A stretch of DNA of 43,864 bases from an uncultured Oscillospiraceae bacterium (GTDB lineage Bacteria; Bacillota; Clostridia; Oscillospirales; Oscillospiraceae): assembly GCA_904398675.1 (NCBI GenBank), contig CAJFPI010000059.1:1-43864 (forward strand), written 5' to 3'. The translations under genes and the position numbers were made by a program. How positions within the stretch are numbered: position 1 is the first letter of the stretch; the number at the start of each line of letters is the position of its first letter. This document shows positions 43,541-43,864 of the stretch, piece by piece. The notes under the pieces are model-generated. The model saw only the letters and a list, made by a program, of their open reading frames with translations, had not been told where the DNA came from and did no database searches.

Positions 43541-43864
43541 ATGGGAGATATTCTGCCGGATCCACAGCCTCGCCGTCCTTGGAGACGGCAAAGTGCAGGT
43601 GGGCGCCCAGGGCGGACTCCGTCAGAGTGGTGTTGCCCACGGCGCCGATCTCCTGGCCGGAGGAGACGGTATCGCCGACCTCCACGCGGACCTCCTCCTG
43701 GAGACTGGCATAGGTGGTCTCGTATCCGTCGTCATGGGAGATCACTACCGTGGTCCCCATGCTGCCGCCGGTCTCCACCGCGGTCACGGTCCCCGCCGAG
43801 GCGGCTACCACCGGCGTCCCGGCGGCGGCGCTGATATCAATGCCGTCGTGGGTCCGCCAGTCTC
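43539..43864 (-). CDS. M23/LytM peptidase, C-terminal part. The N-terminal end lies beyond the window.
   Basis: Extending track ORF 43539..43811 upstream in frame gives ...DWRTHDGIDISAAAGTPVVAASAGTV...GAHLHFAV, with HxxxD-like and HxH motifs. Confidence 0.8.
   Translation of the reverse strand, partial: DWRTHDGIDISAAAGTPVVAASAGTVTAVETGGSMGTTVVISHDDGYETTYASLQEEVRVEVGDTVSSGQEIGAVGNTTLTESALGAHLHFAVSKDGEAVDPAEYLP

Noticed and set aside
1-43864. Search by eye for CRISPR repeats, tRNA/rRNA genes, IS/transposase or integrase genes, prophage or defence islands, and long direct or inverted repeats.
   Set aside because: None was found. Gene content, codon style and terminator style are uniform across the window. 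The only compositional anomaly is the AT-rich liv/two-component control region. A proper tRNAscan/Infernal/ISfinder run would be needed to exclude small elements formally.

Overview
This is a 43.9 kb stretch of visibly GC-rich Firmicutes/Clostridia-type chromosome. The assignment rests on GGAGG Shine-Dalgarno sites, SLH cell-wall anchoring, a spoIVF-like pair, a DarA c-di-AMP receptor and hairpin/U-tract terminators. It looks like core genome. I could recognise no tRNA, rRNA, CRISPR array, transposase, integrase or phage gene. About 46 coding regions can be supported.

Gene blocks in order:
- XRE regulator (edge-truncated), HAD hydrolase, DarA.
- DMT transporter, GT4 glycosyltransferase, TagA-family transferase, thymidylate kinase.
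- An unannotated 41-aa Cys-rich membrane peptide.
- mltG and a U32 peptidase.
- An M23 peptidase and a short M50 site-2 protease (spoIVFA/FB-like).
- A split TIGR03960/TIGR03936 radical-SAM pair.
- A lipoprotein and rplS.
- PadR plus a frameshifted alpha/beta hydrolase.
- A lipoprotein, dihydropyrimidinase, and an SLH protein carrying only the 5'-nucleotidase C-domain.
- A gamma-CA-like protein, an isochorismatase and a CBS protein.
- The livJHMGF operon, divergent from a soluble cupin-PocR histidine kinase and a REC-AraC regulator.
- glyA, a YfcE phosphoesterase, a small PII-like protein and a TipA-type MerR regulator.
- A treP-treC-ptsH-ptsI operon with divergent treR.
- A DUF1624 acyltransferase and dut.
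- An E2/CAT-fold acyltransferase-like protein plus an acyl-AMP ligase.
- An M23 peptidase (edge-truncated).

Many long ORFs in the supplied track are antisense shadows typical of high-GC DNA and were rejected.

The most interesting leads:
- The E2-fold protein with an apparent catalytic His-to-Glu change, coupled to an adenylate-forming ligase.
- The membrane-less cupin-PocR-LytS-type kinase next to the liv operon.
- The hidden Cys-rich micro-ORF.
- The G7 homopolymer frameshift.
- The uncharacterised radical-SAM pair.

None of these can be shown to be a new system from sequence alone. All family assignments are by eye from motifs, without database searches.
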